Virus record (IMG/VR): IMGVR_UViG_3300037119_005106
Coordinates: 1-64,000 of that record
Source: a virus
Reading direction: 5' to 3' (one strand)
DNA length: 64,000 bases
Shown here: piece by piece, positions 48,313 to 56,715 of the stretch
Position numbering within the stretch: the stretch's first letter is position 1
Layout: the number at the start of each line of letters is the position of its first letter
Position numbers and translations under genes: made by a program
Notes under the pieces: generated by a model
What the model saw: only the letters and a program-made list of their open reading frames with translations
Told to the model about the DNA's origin: nothing
Databases searched by the model: none

Positions 48313-48446
48313 TGGAGGATGCAGGACTCGAACCTACGACTTACTCATACAACTTTTACGGCTTAATAATTATGGCGCCTTAATGTTCATCACTCCGCTT
48401 CACATTACTTGTACTTTCACACTTTAACCAACTCAGTCAATCCCCC
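48313..48446 (-). ncRNA. tRNA-like RNA (Ala-type acceptor) with about 80-nt insert replacing the anticodon arm
   Basis: GGGGGAT/ATCCTCC-A acceptor, D-arm ACTGAGTTGGTTAAAGT, T-arm GTAGG-TTCGAGT-CCTGC. Confidence 0.75.
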
Positions 48447-48498
48447 CAGTGTGGGCTACTCTCCCCGCGCTTGTCCTCTCCATCGGAGGTTAATACTG

Positions 48499-48606
48499 TG
48501 GAGAAGAACGGACTCGAACCGCTGACCATTGAAAGGATTTGAGCCATATGCAAGATACGCTAACTACTGTTCTTTCAACTACTCTAACCAACTGAGCTAC
48601 TTCCCC
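48499..48606 (-). ncRNA. tRNA-like RNA (Ala-type acceptor) with extended anticodon arm and no canonical anticodon loop
   Basis: GGGGAAG/CTTCTCC-A acceptor, D-arm GCTCAGTTGGTTAGAGT, stem GTTGAAAG/CTTTCAAT, GGTC variable loop, T-arm AGCGG-TTCGAGT-CCGTT. Confidence 0.8.
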
Positions 48607-48698
48607 ATTCGCCCAAACAGCTTCCAGATAGTTTCCTCCGTTCTCTAAATTAATAATCTAACACAATATCATTTAAACAAACCACTGTTTGGACTTTA

Positions 48699-48706
48699 CA
48701 AATATA
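48699..48706 (-). promoter_or_regulatory. -7 promoter box TATATTTG driving the tRNA-mimic/accessory operon
   Basis: caaatata on the plus strand. Confidence 0.6.
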
Positions 48707-48867
48707 TGCAATTATTGCACACTACCAAACCATAATATAAAATAATTAAAAAGAAATTATAAAGTAGATATCCACACACAACTATACCGAACAAATTATA
48801 GATAGGTAATTATTGCATATGATGGAACAGGATGATATAAATTAACCGAGGGTTGCTTATATACAAA

Positions 48868-48905
48868 AGCCCCCGGCCTACTTCTAAACTTCGAAGGCGG
48901 GGGCT
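48868..48905. other. GC-rich hairpin at the strand-divergence point
   Basis: agccccc-g-gcct ... aggc-gggggct. Confidence 0.6.
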
Positions 48906-48960
48906 ATAAAACAAATTAAAAATTCAGTAAGATTTAACAACCCTCTTACTCTTAAACAAT

Positions 48961-49233
48961 ATGAATACAACTCAAGAAGCTACAGCAGTAGCACCAGCAA
49001 TCAACGGTAAAGACGTTGCAGTACACACAGTAAAAACAATCACTAGTGCAGCACACATAGGCTTCACGGTATTAGCTGACCTATGCATGTATGCAGGAGC
49101 ACACATCGTAAACAAGATAGATAACACACAATCTGTCCAAGACACAGTAGACTATGTACAAGCCAAAACAGATACCAAGCTAAACCCACTTAGACAAAAG
49201 CTATCTGGATACAAACCAGCACCAACTAAGTAA
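48961..49233 (+). CDS. early hypothetical protein, paralog of 50994..51512
   Basis: Shared AV..VK.I...AH......ADL.......N.ID.T pattern. Confidence 0.65.
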   Translation: MNTTQEATAVAPAINGKDVAVHTVKTITSAAHIGFTVLADLCMYAGAHIVNKIDNTQSVQDTVDYVQAKTDTKLNPLRQKLSGYKPAPTK

Positions 49234-49679
49234 CAACCAAGCACGCCTAATACAGTGTGCCCTAACAAAAGCTGAAACCATAACAGCCAATAGACCAAAC
49301 CATAGCAATATGGACTATAACTGTTCAATCATCAGCTATTAATCAGCCAAAGGACAAGCCAAAGGCAGAGAATGTTGTACACACTTCCATGGTCACAATA
49401 TGTCAGCATCACTGTTCAGGTCACTGATACAGGTATTATTCATTATTCATGGTTCGGCTCAAGGTCGGCAATATTCGGATTTTATGCGATAAATATCGAA
49501 AGTAGGATAGAAGGAGTAGAATACGTGAGTTGTAAAGTATGGTAGAGAAAATGGCATATTTAAGTTGCATGTGATTGTCAAAGGGTAGTTACTATAGCTC
49601 TCTAAACAATAATAAGCACAGAATGTTCAAAAAGTCTTGATGGGGTTAGTGGTATCAAGGGTTAACAAGGATTTGTACT

Positions 49680-49731
49680 ACTACGAAAAATCGTAGTCTG
49701 CAGGGCTTTAAACTACGATTTATCGTAGTTT
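49680..49731. repeat. two tandem palindromes ACTACGA-N4-TCGTAGT
   Basis: 49680-49697 and 49712-49729, 32-bp period. Confidence 0.8.
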
Positions 49732-49823
49732 TAGTGTAAGAATAGTTATTTGTAGGATACAATAATAAAACAAATTAAAGAATAGATGGAAGACCTCATC
49801 GCTAAATATAGGCATTAAATATT

Positions 49824-50048
49824 ATGGAATTAGCAACAGTTATTAGAGGGAGTATTGTAGAGTTCAATGAATTGAACAAACTATTAGAGCAAGACTTATG
49901 TGATGTTAATATGGCTATTGAGAAGCTATTGAATAGCGTTAGTGATGTCAATGATGTATTGGATGATTTCAACATGTTGAATAAGCTCAAGAAAGAGATC
50001 TTAATAGATTTACAAATATGGCAATTAAATAGAGTATTCAACAACTAA
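49824..50048 (+). CDS. hypothetical early protein
   Basis: ORF track. Confidence 0.5.
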   Translation: MELATVIRGSIVEFNELNKLLEQDLCDVNMAIEKLLNSVSDVNDVLDDFNMLNKLKKEILIDLQIWQLNRVFNN

Positions 50049-50059
50049 ATATAAATATC

Positions 50060-50263
50060 ATGAGAAATAGAATCACCACCATCGATACGGCTACACAGAC
50101 TCAAAGAATCATCAGAGTATTATCAGAACTATATGATATCAGCTATGCTGTAGTCAGAGCGTATTATTATCGCTATCAAGAGGATGTACAAGCAACTAAG
50201 TTAAAGCTTAAACTCATCTATCAAGTAGGCTTGGAGTTGGAACAATTAGAAATCATAAATTAA
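50060..50263 (+). CDS. hypothetical early protein
   Basis: ORF with ATCATG start context. Confidence 0.55.
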   Translation: MRNRITTIDTATQTQRIIRVLSELYDISYAVVRAYYYRYQEDVQATKLKLKLIYQVGLELEQLEIIN

Positions 50264-50274
50264 ATATATAGATC

Positions 50275-50589
50275 ATGAAAGACAGAAGAATGAATATACT
50301 CATCTATGGCGGGATGCTATTAGGTGCAGTAGTAATTGGTGGGAATGTAGTAGGCTATGCATTCTCCGGACTGATCACATTGTTATCATTTGTATTCCTA
50401 GTAGAATCCATACCAGCATTAAAATGGTGTGTTGCTAAGACAACATACCTCATCGACATTGTATTATTCATATTCGCTGTATATGCTAAGGTACACTTCG
50501 GTGTTACCTTGGCTATGGCATTGATGTTTGGTACAATTGGATTCACATTATTATACGCACCTTATGTGCGTGAAACCTATGATAAATAA
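50275..50589 (+). CDS. small multi-pass membrane protein
   Basis: 3-4 hydrophobic helices. Confidence 0.65.
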   Translation: MKDRRMNILIYGGMLLGAVVIGGNVVGYAFSGLITLLSFVFLVESIPALKWCVAKTTYLIDIVLFIFAVYAKVHFGVTLAMALMFGTIGFTLLYAPYVRETYDK

Positions 50590-50672
50590 CAAGCTATGAG
50601 AAAATTTATAGAATTCGTAAAAGGCGTGGGTTATATATTCACCAACAATTGGAAAAACTTAATACAATAATC

Positions 50673-50774
50673 ATGAAATACAATTTCAGAACAGATAGCT
50701 ATATCTTGGTAAAGATGACTATCATATTATTAGCAATATTATCAATACTTGATGTATTAGGTTACATCAGTTAA
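50673..50774 (+). CDS. 33-aa membrane peptide
   Basis: MKYNFRTDSYILVKMTIILLAILSILDVLGYIS; ATCATG context. Confidence 0.45.
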   Translation: MKYNFRTDSYILVKMTIILLAILSILDVLGYIS

Positions 50775-50785
50775 AAACAAAAATC

Positions 50786-50941
50786 ATGAACAACGAAATA
50801 TTAATTCCATTTATAATAGCAAATACTGTAGCCAGCTTTATAGCTGCAGAAGTATTTGAAAGCAAATTCAAAGCAGATAAATACATTTTATTTATAGCGT
50901 TTTTCATTGCTTATTCAGCAGTATTTTATTTCATCAGTTAA
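50786..50941 (+). CDS. 51-aa two-TM peptide
   Basis: MNNEILIPFII...AVFYFIS; ATCATG context. Confidence 0.5.
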   Translation: MNNEILIPFIIANTVASFIAAEVFESKFKADKYILFIAFFIAYSAVFYFIS

Positions 50942-50993
50942 AAACAAATTCAACAATTAAATCAATTCAATAAACAATCTAAATTATATCATT

Positions 50994-51512
50994 ATGAAAA
51001 CTATCAACAAACAATCAGTACAATCAGCAGCGGTAACAGCAGTAAAAGTAATTGTTTATCCAGCTCACTTGGTGGCTCAAACAACAGCAGACCTATTGAA
51101 TATTGGTCAAGCTAAAGCAATCAATTTGATTGATGGCACAGAAATATATGAGTCTATGATGAATCAACAATCGTGGACACAACAACAACAGGCTACTGTT
51201 GTGGAGAAAGCTATGACTATCAGAGAGAAGATGCAAGAGCAACGTCTATTCAATAGACAACAAGACATTGACAAGTTAAAATCCAAATTGGATAAACTTG
51301 AAGGAGTAGAGCACATCGATAGTACAGAACCTACTGCCACTAACACAGAAGCTCCAGCTGTAACAACAGAACCTATTGCTGTACCAACACCACCAAACAT
51401 GGTGATTGAACCACCAAAAGAGGATACTACTGGCGAAGCGGTACCATTTGTACCAATCAACCAACGTAAACCAAAAGCTAAAGACGTGCCATTAATGACA
51501 CCAAAAGAATAA
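50994..51512 (+). CDS. early hypothetical protein, paralog of 48961..49233, with coiled coil and P/T-rich tail
   Basis: See paralog. Confidence 0.65.
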   Translation: MKTINKQSVQSAAVTAVKVIVYPAHLVAQTTADLLNIGQAKAINLIDGTEIYESMMNQQSWTQQQQATVVEKAMTIREKMQEQRLFNRQQDIDKLKSKLDKLEGVEHIDSTEPTATNTEAPAVTTEPIAVPTPPNMVIEPPKEDTTGEAVPFVPINQRKPKAKDVPLMTPKE

Positions 51513-51579
51513 ACAATAAGCATTGGAATGTCCTATGGGATGGTTACCCTTGTCGAAGGATGAAACATAAATAACCAAC

Positions 51580-51620
51580 GGACGAATAGGCAATAGCGGG
51601 TTCGATTCCCGCATCGTCCA
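51580..51620 (+). ncRNA. tRNA minihelix (acceptor + T arm only)
   Basis: GGACGA...GCGGG-TTCGATT-CCCGC-ATCGTCC-A. Confidence 0.6.
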
Positions 51621-51688
51621 CTAACCAAGTCCTGATATCAGGCACTAAAGCAGTTCATTGCTCTGGATAACAAAAGCAATATCATATT

Positions 51689-52042
51689 ATGAATACAGTA
51701 AACTTCATCGGAAACGCAGGACAAGAGCCAACAATCAAAACTCTTGACAATGGTACAATCGTAGCTAAATTCAATGTGGCTACAAAAGAAACGTACACTG
51801 ATAAAGAAGGTGCTCCAGTAGAGAAAACTACTTGGCACAGAATTGTAGCCTGGAATAAAGCAGCAGAAGCAATAGCTAAAACGGTTCACAAAGGTAGTTT
51901 CATTCATATCAAAGCTAAAGTAGTTACAAATGAATACGATAAAGTAATCAAGGTGCCTATCTCAGCTAAGAAAACTATTGATCATACCATCAAAGTCAAA
52001 GGCACAGAGTTCCAAGCATTCGAAGTAACAGTGCTTCGTTAA
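51689..52042 (+). CDS. ssb: single-stranded DNA-binding protein (OB fold, no acidic tail)
   Basis: MNTVNFIGNAGQEP..VAKFNVAT..TTWHRIVAWNK.AE....VHKGS. Confidence 0.92.
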   Translation: MNTVNFIGNAGQEPTIKTLDNGTIVAKFNVATKETYTDKEGAPVEKTTWHRIVAWNKAAEAIAKTVHKGSFIHIKAKVVTNEYDKVIKVPISAKKTIDHTIKVKGTEFQAFEVTVLR

Positions 52043-52057
52043 ACTCCATAAAGAAAT

Positions 52058-52100
52058 AATAATCTCTCGGAACAAATACTCTGAGAGGTTATTATATTTG
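52058..52100 (+). promoter_or_regulatory. hairpin overlapping a -7 box TATATTTG 4 nt before the repL-like ATG
   Basis: aataatctctcgga/tctgagaggttatt; tatatttg 52093-52100. Confidence 0.55.
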
Positions 52101-52104
52101 TATT

Positions 52105-52626
52105 ATGAAAAAGGAAGTAAAACGAATCAATGAAAAAAAGATTATTGATATCAGCCAATATCATAATTCAGAAACAGGAGAACTCCTATCATCAGAAATG
52201 AAAAAAGGCACATCAATAGTAGTTAATGAAGCTACTTCAAAAGTAACTATTGACTACGAGAACTACGCTACAGTATCCACCAAGGCTATAATGGCATTGG
52301 TAGAGATACTGAATAACTCTGACTTGGCTAATGCATTGAAAATGTCATTTTGTGCTAAAGGGCCATTGAGCTTATTGTACAATGAAAACAATCAATTGCA
52401 TTCCAATAAAACACTACAAGACTATCTAGATATATCCTCTGAATCCACATACTTCATTCTAATCAACAAATTAATTAAAGCAGGTGTATTGTATCAGATA
52501 AAAGGAAATATCTACGGAGAAGTCCGAAAAGTGTATATGCTTAATCCATTCCTTAGCAAGAAACGTAAAACGTTTGATGAGGAAGTCATTAAAATATTCA
52601 AATCATTCGATCAAAAAGAAAAATAA
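52105..52626 (+). CDS. RepL-like winged-helix replication/maintenance protein
   Basis: NSETGEL start, HTH, LIKAGVL, YMLNPF motif. Confidence 0.7.
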   Translation: MKKEVKRINEKKIIDISQYHNSETGELLSSEMKKGTSIVVNEATSKVTIDYENYATVSTKAIMALVEILNNSDLANALKMSFCAKGPLSLLYNENNQLHSNKTLQDYLDISSESTYFILINKLIKAGVLYQIKGNIYGEVRKVYMLNPFLSKKRKTFDEEVIKIFKSFDQKEK

Positions 52627-52991
52627 TGGAACTATGTACCGCCTGTAAAACATATCAAGCAATTAAAGGACATCATCATTGCGAAAGCTGTAAAGGATTA
52701 TTTGAACACTCAATAATACCAGGCATCAAAAAGAAAATTATTTACATCAAATTCCGAGGTATAGATGATTGGCATAGAGCTGTATTTAAAGATATAAATT
52801 CAGCAACTTATTATGGTGATTGTGATGCTAATAAAACTGGTAAGCCGGAAGATGTTATTGAATATTACAGAAATAATATCAATAAGCTAGAATACTTTGG
52901 AAACAGCTTTAACTGTGAACCCAATGGAGGATTGAATCCTAATCATCAACTTGAAATACTAACAACCAATGAGAATATCAATTCAAAATAA
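52626..52991 (+). CDS. hypothetical protein with N-terminal Zn finger
   Basis: CTAC..HHHCESC. Confidence 0.55.
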   Translation: MELCTACKTYQAIKGHHHCESCKGLFEHSIIPGIKKKIIYIKFRGIDDWHRAVFKDINSATYYGDCDANKTGKPEDVIEYYRNNINKLEYFGNSFNCEPNGGLNPNHQLEILTTNENINSK

Positions 52992-55554
52992 ATCAGGACC
53001 AGCTGGCGAACAAGCACTAATGGAATTTGATTGTGAAGATACTATTACTCAAGAAGAAAATAGTAACGAATTCTTATACGCTGATATCGACAACATTCGT
53101 AAAATGTTACCTATACTTTATCCTGGACAACACGACAACATACTCTTCGCAGAACAAAGATTTCTAGAAGGTAAAGGAGTAATGTTTACTGACGGGACTG
53201 GAACGGGAAAAACTTTTACAGGATGTGGAATCATTTATAGATTCTTTTATCAAGATAAAAGAAATATCCTCATCATCGTTCCAACCGATCAGAAATGTAT
53301 TGATTGGATAGAAGAAGCACAAAAGTTAGATTTAAGCATGTACCAATTAATAGGCATTCAAGATGCTGGACATGATATAACCGTAACCACTTATGCTAAC
53401 TTTTATCAAAACAATGCATTAAACAAACGCGCTTGGGATTTAGTAATCTACGATGAATCCCACTACCTCTGCCAAAACCAACAAGGAATACAGACTAGCT
53501 ATTTTGAACAACACAAAAGCATAGTCAATCTACCATCATCAGCAAGGGATAAAGCCAAGGAGCTTAACAAATTCCTAAAACCTGAATGGGACGGAAGCAG
53601 AGAATATTATCAAAAGCTAGAGCATTACGAAGATGCTATTCATAGAGCAGTAGAGAAACTAGTTCTAAGAACAAAGGTTGTATTCCTATCAGCAACGCCA
53701 TTTGCTTATCATAAATCGATTAAATATGCAGATGGCACACTAATAGACATCGAAGAACAAATCGTTGTTAGAAACAAAGCTACAGGCGCTTACAATGAAG
53801 CACCACCATTCGGAGATTTTCTAATAGAGAATTTCGGTTACCAAATGAAATATAACAAGGTCACTATCCCAGAAAGCGGAGTGGATGTTAATCTTATGGA
53901 ACGCGAATTCTTTGAGAAGATGAAGAAGAATGGTATTATCAGCACACGTATGCTTGAACTAAAGCACGATTATTCAAGAGATTTTGTAACCATAGATTCA
54001 GAAATTGGAGATAGAATCAACGAAGGAATGGAATTATTCTATGAAGAATCATTCAAGAAAACATTCCCAACACTAGCAGAAAAGTTTAGTAAAAAATACA
54101 ATTACATGTATGTAAACCAACTGCTAGAATGTATCAAAGCCAAAGAGATTCATACTCGTATTCAACAGCATTTAGATTTAGGCAGAAAGGTAGTTATCTT
54201 TCACAGCTACAATCATGCTGCAGTAGAGCATCCCTTTCATTTTGATCCATACAAATTGATTGAAGCCAAGCAAGAATACATTCTTCCAAGATTGGAACGA
54301 GAAATAAAACTATTTGAGAAACTATATCCGGAGTATTACAATCTGGATTTATCTCATCTAGAAAATACTCGTGATGCTATACTTCGACACTTTCCTGAAA
54401 CCAAACAATTCAATGGTACCATTAGCAAAAAACTAAGAAGTCAATATCTTAAAGATTTCAACAGCGATCATGGTAATACCAATATTTTGTTGGTTCAACA
54501 AAAAGCGGGTAAAGAAGGTATCAGTTTGCATGATAGAACTGGAAACTTCCAAAGAGTTCTTATGCAATTAGGACTACCAACAGAACCTACTTCTTGTATT
54601 CAAATCGAAGGCAGAACGTACAGGGATGGAGTTAAGAGCAATGCTCCTTATGAATACATGACTCTTCAAACCACCTTTGAACGTATTGCTTTTGGTACAA
54701 AAATAGCGGAGCGTTCCCGAACAGCCGAGAATCTAGCAATGGGAAATCTAGCTAGAGATTTAGAAACTTCATTCAAAGAAGGATATCTAAACTCTAGTTA
54801 CAAACCACCATCAATAGAACAAGGAATAGGCGGTAAGCAAATGGATAAATTCAATAACAATACTACCAAGTTTGACAAAGCCATTTCATACTACTTCTCC
54901 AGAGCCAAAAGGAATTCTAAAAACAAAGCTAAAGAAGGTGGCGATTACTACGCTACTCCCGAACCGTTAGGGTTAAAAATGGTAGAGTGGTTAAACCCAC
55001 AACCTGACGAGAATGGATTAGAACCAAGTGCTGGACATGGTGCAATAGCAAGATGGTTCCCAGGCTTTACCAACAATCATTTTGTTGAAGAGAATATCAA
55101 TCTAACTGGAGAACTCTGTATCAATTCCATTGGACAAGTTCGTATAGGTAAGTTCGAAGACCATAGCAGTATTAACAAATACAATTTCATAGCGATGAAT
55201 CCACCATTTGGAACATCAGGAAAAACAGCTATGGAACATTTGCAAAAAGCATTAGTAAGACATAGTGATCGATACGACACAAGGCTAATAGCAATTATAC
55301 CCGCTGGACCATCAATGGATAAACGATTGGAAATGTTTCTCAACTCGGAGAAAGGAAAAGACTTTTATGTGAGAACACAAATAAGACTTCCATCATGTAC
55401 TTTCGAAAGAGCCGGAACATCGGTATCAACTAAGATTTTAGAAATCAGAAAAATGAGTTATATTAATAATCGACCTCAAACGAACTATATAGACTTGTCT
55501 TATATTCAAACCATTAAGGACTTTTTCGAGGAAATCAGAGATTTAAAAATATAA
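52969..55554 (+). CDS. strawberry-notch-like SF2 helicase fused to an amino-methyltransferase (DarB-like)
   Basis: DGTGTGKT, DESH, SATP, AGKEGISLHD, QIEGRTYR; DYYATP, LEPSAGHG (motif I), MNPPF (motif IV). Confidence 0.85.
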   Translation: MRISIQNKSGPAGEQALMEFDCEDTITQEENSNEFLYADIDNIRKMLPILYPGQHDNILFAEQRFLEGKGVMFTDGTGTGKTFTGCGIIYRFFYQDKRNILIIVPTDQKCIDWIEEAQKLDLSMYQLIGIQDAGHDITVTTYANFYQNNALNKRAWDLVIYDESHYLCQNQQGIQTSYFEQHKSIVNLPSSARDKAKELNKFLKPEWDGSREYYQKLEHYEDAIHRAVEKLVLRTKVVFLSATPFAYHKSIKYADGTLIDIEEQIVVRNKATGAYNEAPPFGDFLIENFGYQMKYNKVTIPESGVDVNLMEREFFEKMKKNGIISTRMLELKHDYSRDFVTIDSEIGDRINEGMELFYEESFKKTFPTLAEKFSKKYNYMYVNQLLECIKAKEIHTRIQQHLDLGRKVVIFHSYNHAAVEHPFHFDPYKLIEAKQEYILPRLEREIKLFEKLYPEYYNLDLSHLENTRDAILRHFPETKQFNGTISKKLRSQYLKDFNSDHGNTNILLVQQKAGKEGISLHDRTGNFQRVLMQLGLPTEPTSCIQIEGRTYRDGVKSNAPYEYMTLQTTFERIAFGTKIAERSRTAENLAMGNLARDLETSFKEGYLNSSYKPPSIEQGIGGKQMDKFNNNTTKFDKAISYYFSRAKRNSKNKAKEGGDYYATPEPLGLKMVEWLNPQPDENGLEPSAGHGAIARWFPGFTNNHFVEENINLTGELCINSIGQVRIGKFEDHSSINKYNFIAMNPPFGTSGKTAMEHLQKALVRHSDRYDTRLIAIIPAGPSMDKRLEMFLNSEKGKDFYVRTQIRLPSCTFERAGTSVSTKILEIRKMSYINNRPQTNYIDLSYIQTIKDFFEEIRDLKI

Positions 55555-55604
55555 ATTATTCATACCTTTGAAATTCAATTAGTATAAATCTAAAATCAAA
55601 CGCT

Positions 55605-56030
55605 ATGCCGGATCCTAAAAACACTGTTCCTGCTCACTCAAGAAAAGGAATATTAACCCAATCCAATTTAGATGATATAACCAAAACATCTGAAGAAAAC
55701 ACCAAGAGAAGAGGTGTAGAAGCTATGGCTTCAAAAGACAGCATTGTTGCTTCCAACAAAGCAAAGCTATTTGGTAAACCTAAAGACCAACAAGGTACTG
55801 AAGGGAATCAAGCAGCCAATAGAACTAGAGTTGCTGGAGGTAATCCAAAAGTAATTCAATCTAAAAGCGTTACCAATAACGCAAGGATTGAAGGCGACAA
55901 CTACACTTCTAAACCAGTAAAAGCAACACTGTCTTACAACAGAGAAGCACCTCTTGAAAAAGAAATGCCAAAAGCTAAGTACAAAAGAGTAGAGCCATTG
56001 GACAATGCAAAGAAATTTGTAGGTAAGTAA
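55605..56030 (+). CDS. basic disordered protein in a stand-alone transcription unit
   Basis: -7 box tacctttg 55563-55570; terminator 56056-56083. Confidence 0.6.
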   Translation: MPDPKNTVPAHSRKGILTQSNLDDITKTSEENTKRRGVEAMASKDSIVASNKAKLFGKPKDQQGTEGNQAANRTRVAGGNPKVIQSKSVTNNARIEGDNYTSKPVKATLSYNREAPLEKEMPKAKYKRVEPLDNAKKFVGK

Positions 56031-56055
56031 AACCTTCAACACTTAAAAACAAATT

Positions 56056-56083
56056 AAAGCCATTGATATTCAATGGCTTTTTT
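56056..56083 (+). terminator. intrinsic terminator
   Basis: aaagccattga-tat-tcaatggcttt + T-tract. Confidence 0.8.
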
Positions 56084-56109
56084 ATTTCAACACCCTAAAC
56101 AAAATCATC

Positions 56110-56439
56110 ATGAAAAATCTATTAGTAGTATTAGCATTCGTAGTATGTGGAACAATCAGTGCTCAATTCAAAACAGGTAAATTCTATATTCTTTATGAAA
56201 AAGAAATAAGCTTATGCAAAGAGGAAGCCAATAGTTATTGGTTCTTCTATGTTCAGAAAGACGATGGAAAAGAATTATTGGTAAACCAAGCATTCTTTGA
56301 TAAAGACTCTCGAGAGTTTTATTATAACGAAAACAAATTAGAAAAGGTAGACAGAAAATACCTTATCAAACACATGAACAGTGAAATACTACCAGTGTAT
56401 ATTGATGAAGGAAATTTATATATTCCTTTGTATAAATAA
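56110..56439 (+). CDS. secreted hypothetical protein
   Basis: Signal peptide MKNLL..ISA-Q. Confidence 0.6.
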   Translation: MKNLLVVLAFVVCGTISAQFKTGKFYILYEKEISLCKEEANSYWFFYVQKDDGKELLVNQAFFDKDSREFYYNENKLEKVDRKYLIKHMNSEILPVYIDEGNLYIPLYK

Positions 56440-56481
56440 AAACAAATTCAAAAATTAGTATTAACCTTAAATTCAAAATTT

Positions 56482-56715
56482 ATGACTGAATATGAATTGT
56501 ATCTATTTTTTATGGGAGCATCCATAATATTATTAGCAATAGCCACATGGTTTGGTTTTATAATTTTACTGAAGGAAAAAGAGATCTCAAGATTGTTAAA
56601 TGATAATATAAAACTTATCAAAGAAACTAATAAGCTTCGAGATAAACTCATCGATAAAAACAATATTATAATCAAAAAAAATGAAGAGCTAATTGAATTT
56701 ATGAAAAATAACTAA
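56482..56715 (+). CDS. TM + coiled-coil hypothetical protein
   Basis: ORF track. Confidence 0.5.
   Translation: MTEYELYLFFMGASIILLAIATWFGFIILLKEKEISRLLNDNIKLIKETNKLRDKLIDKNNIIIKKNEELIEFMKNN

Noticed and set aside
48313-48606. Canonical tRNAs or a true tmRNA
   Set aside because: No 7-nt anticodon loop; too short for tmRNA, a D-stem is present and no tag ORF ending in Ala-Ala is found
48700-51700. CRISPR or mini-array in the non-coding early region
   Set aside because: No regularly spaced repeat-spacer series found
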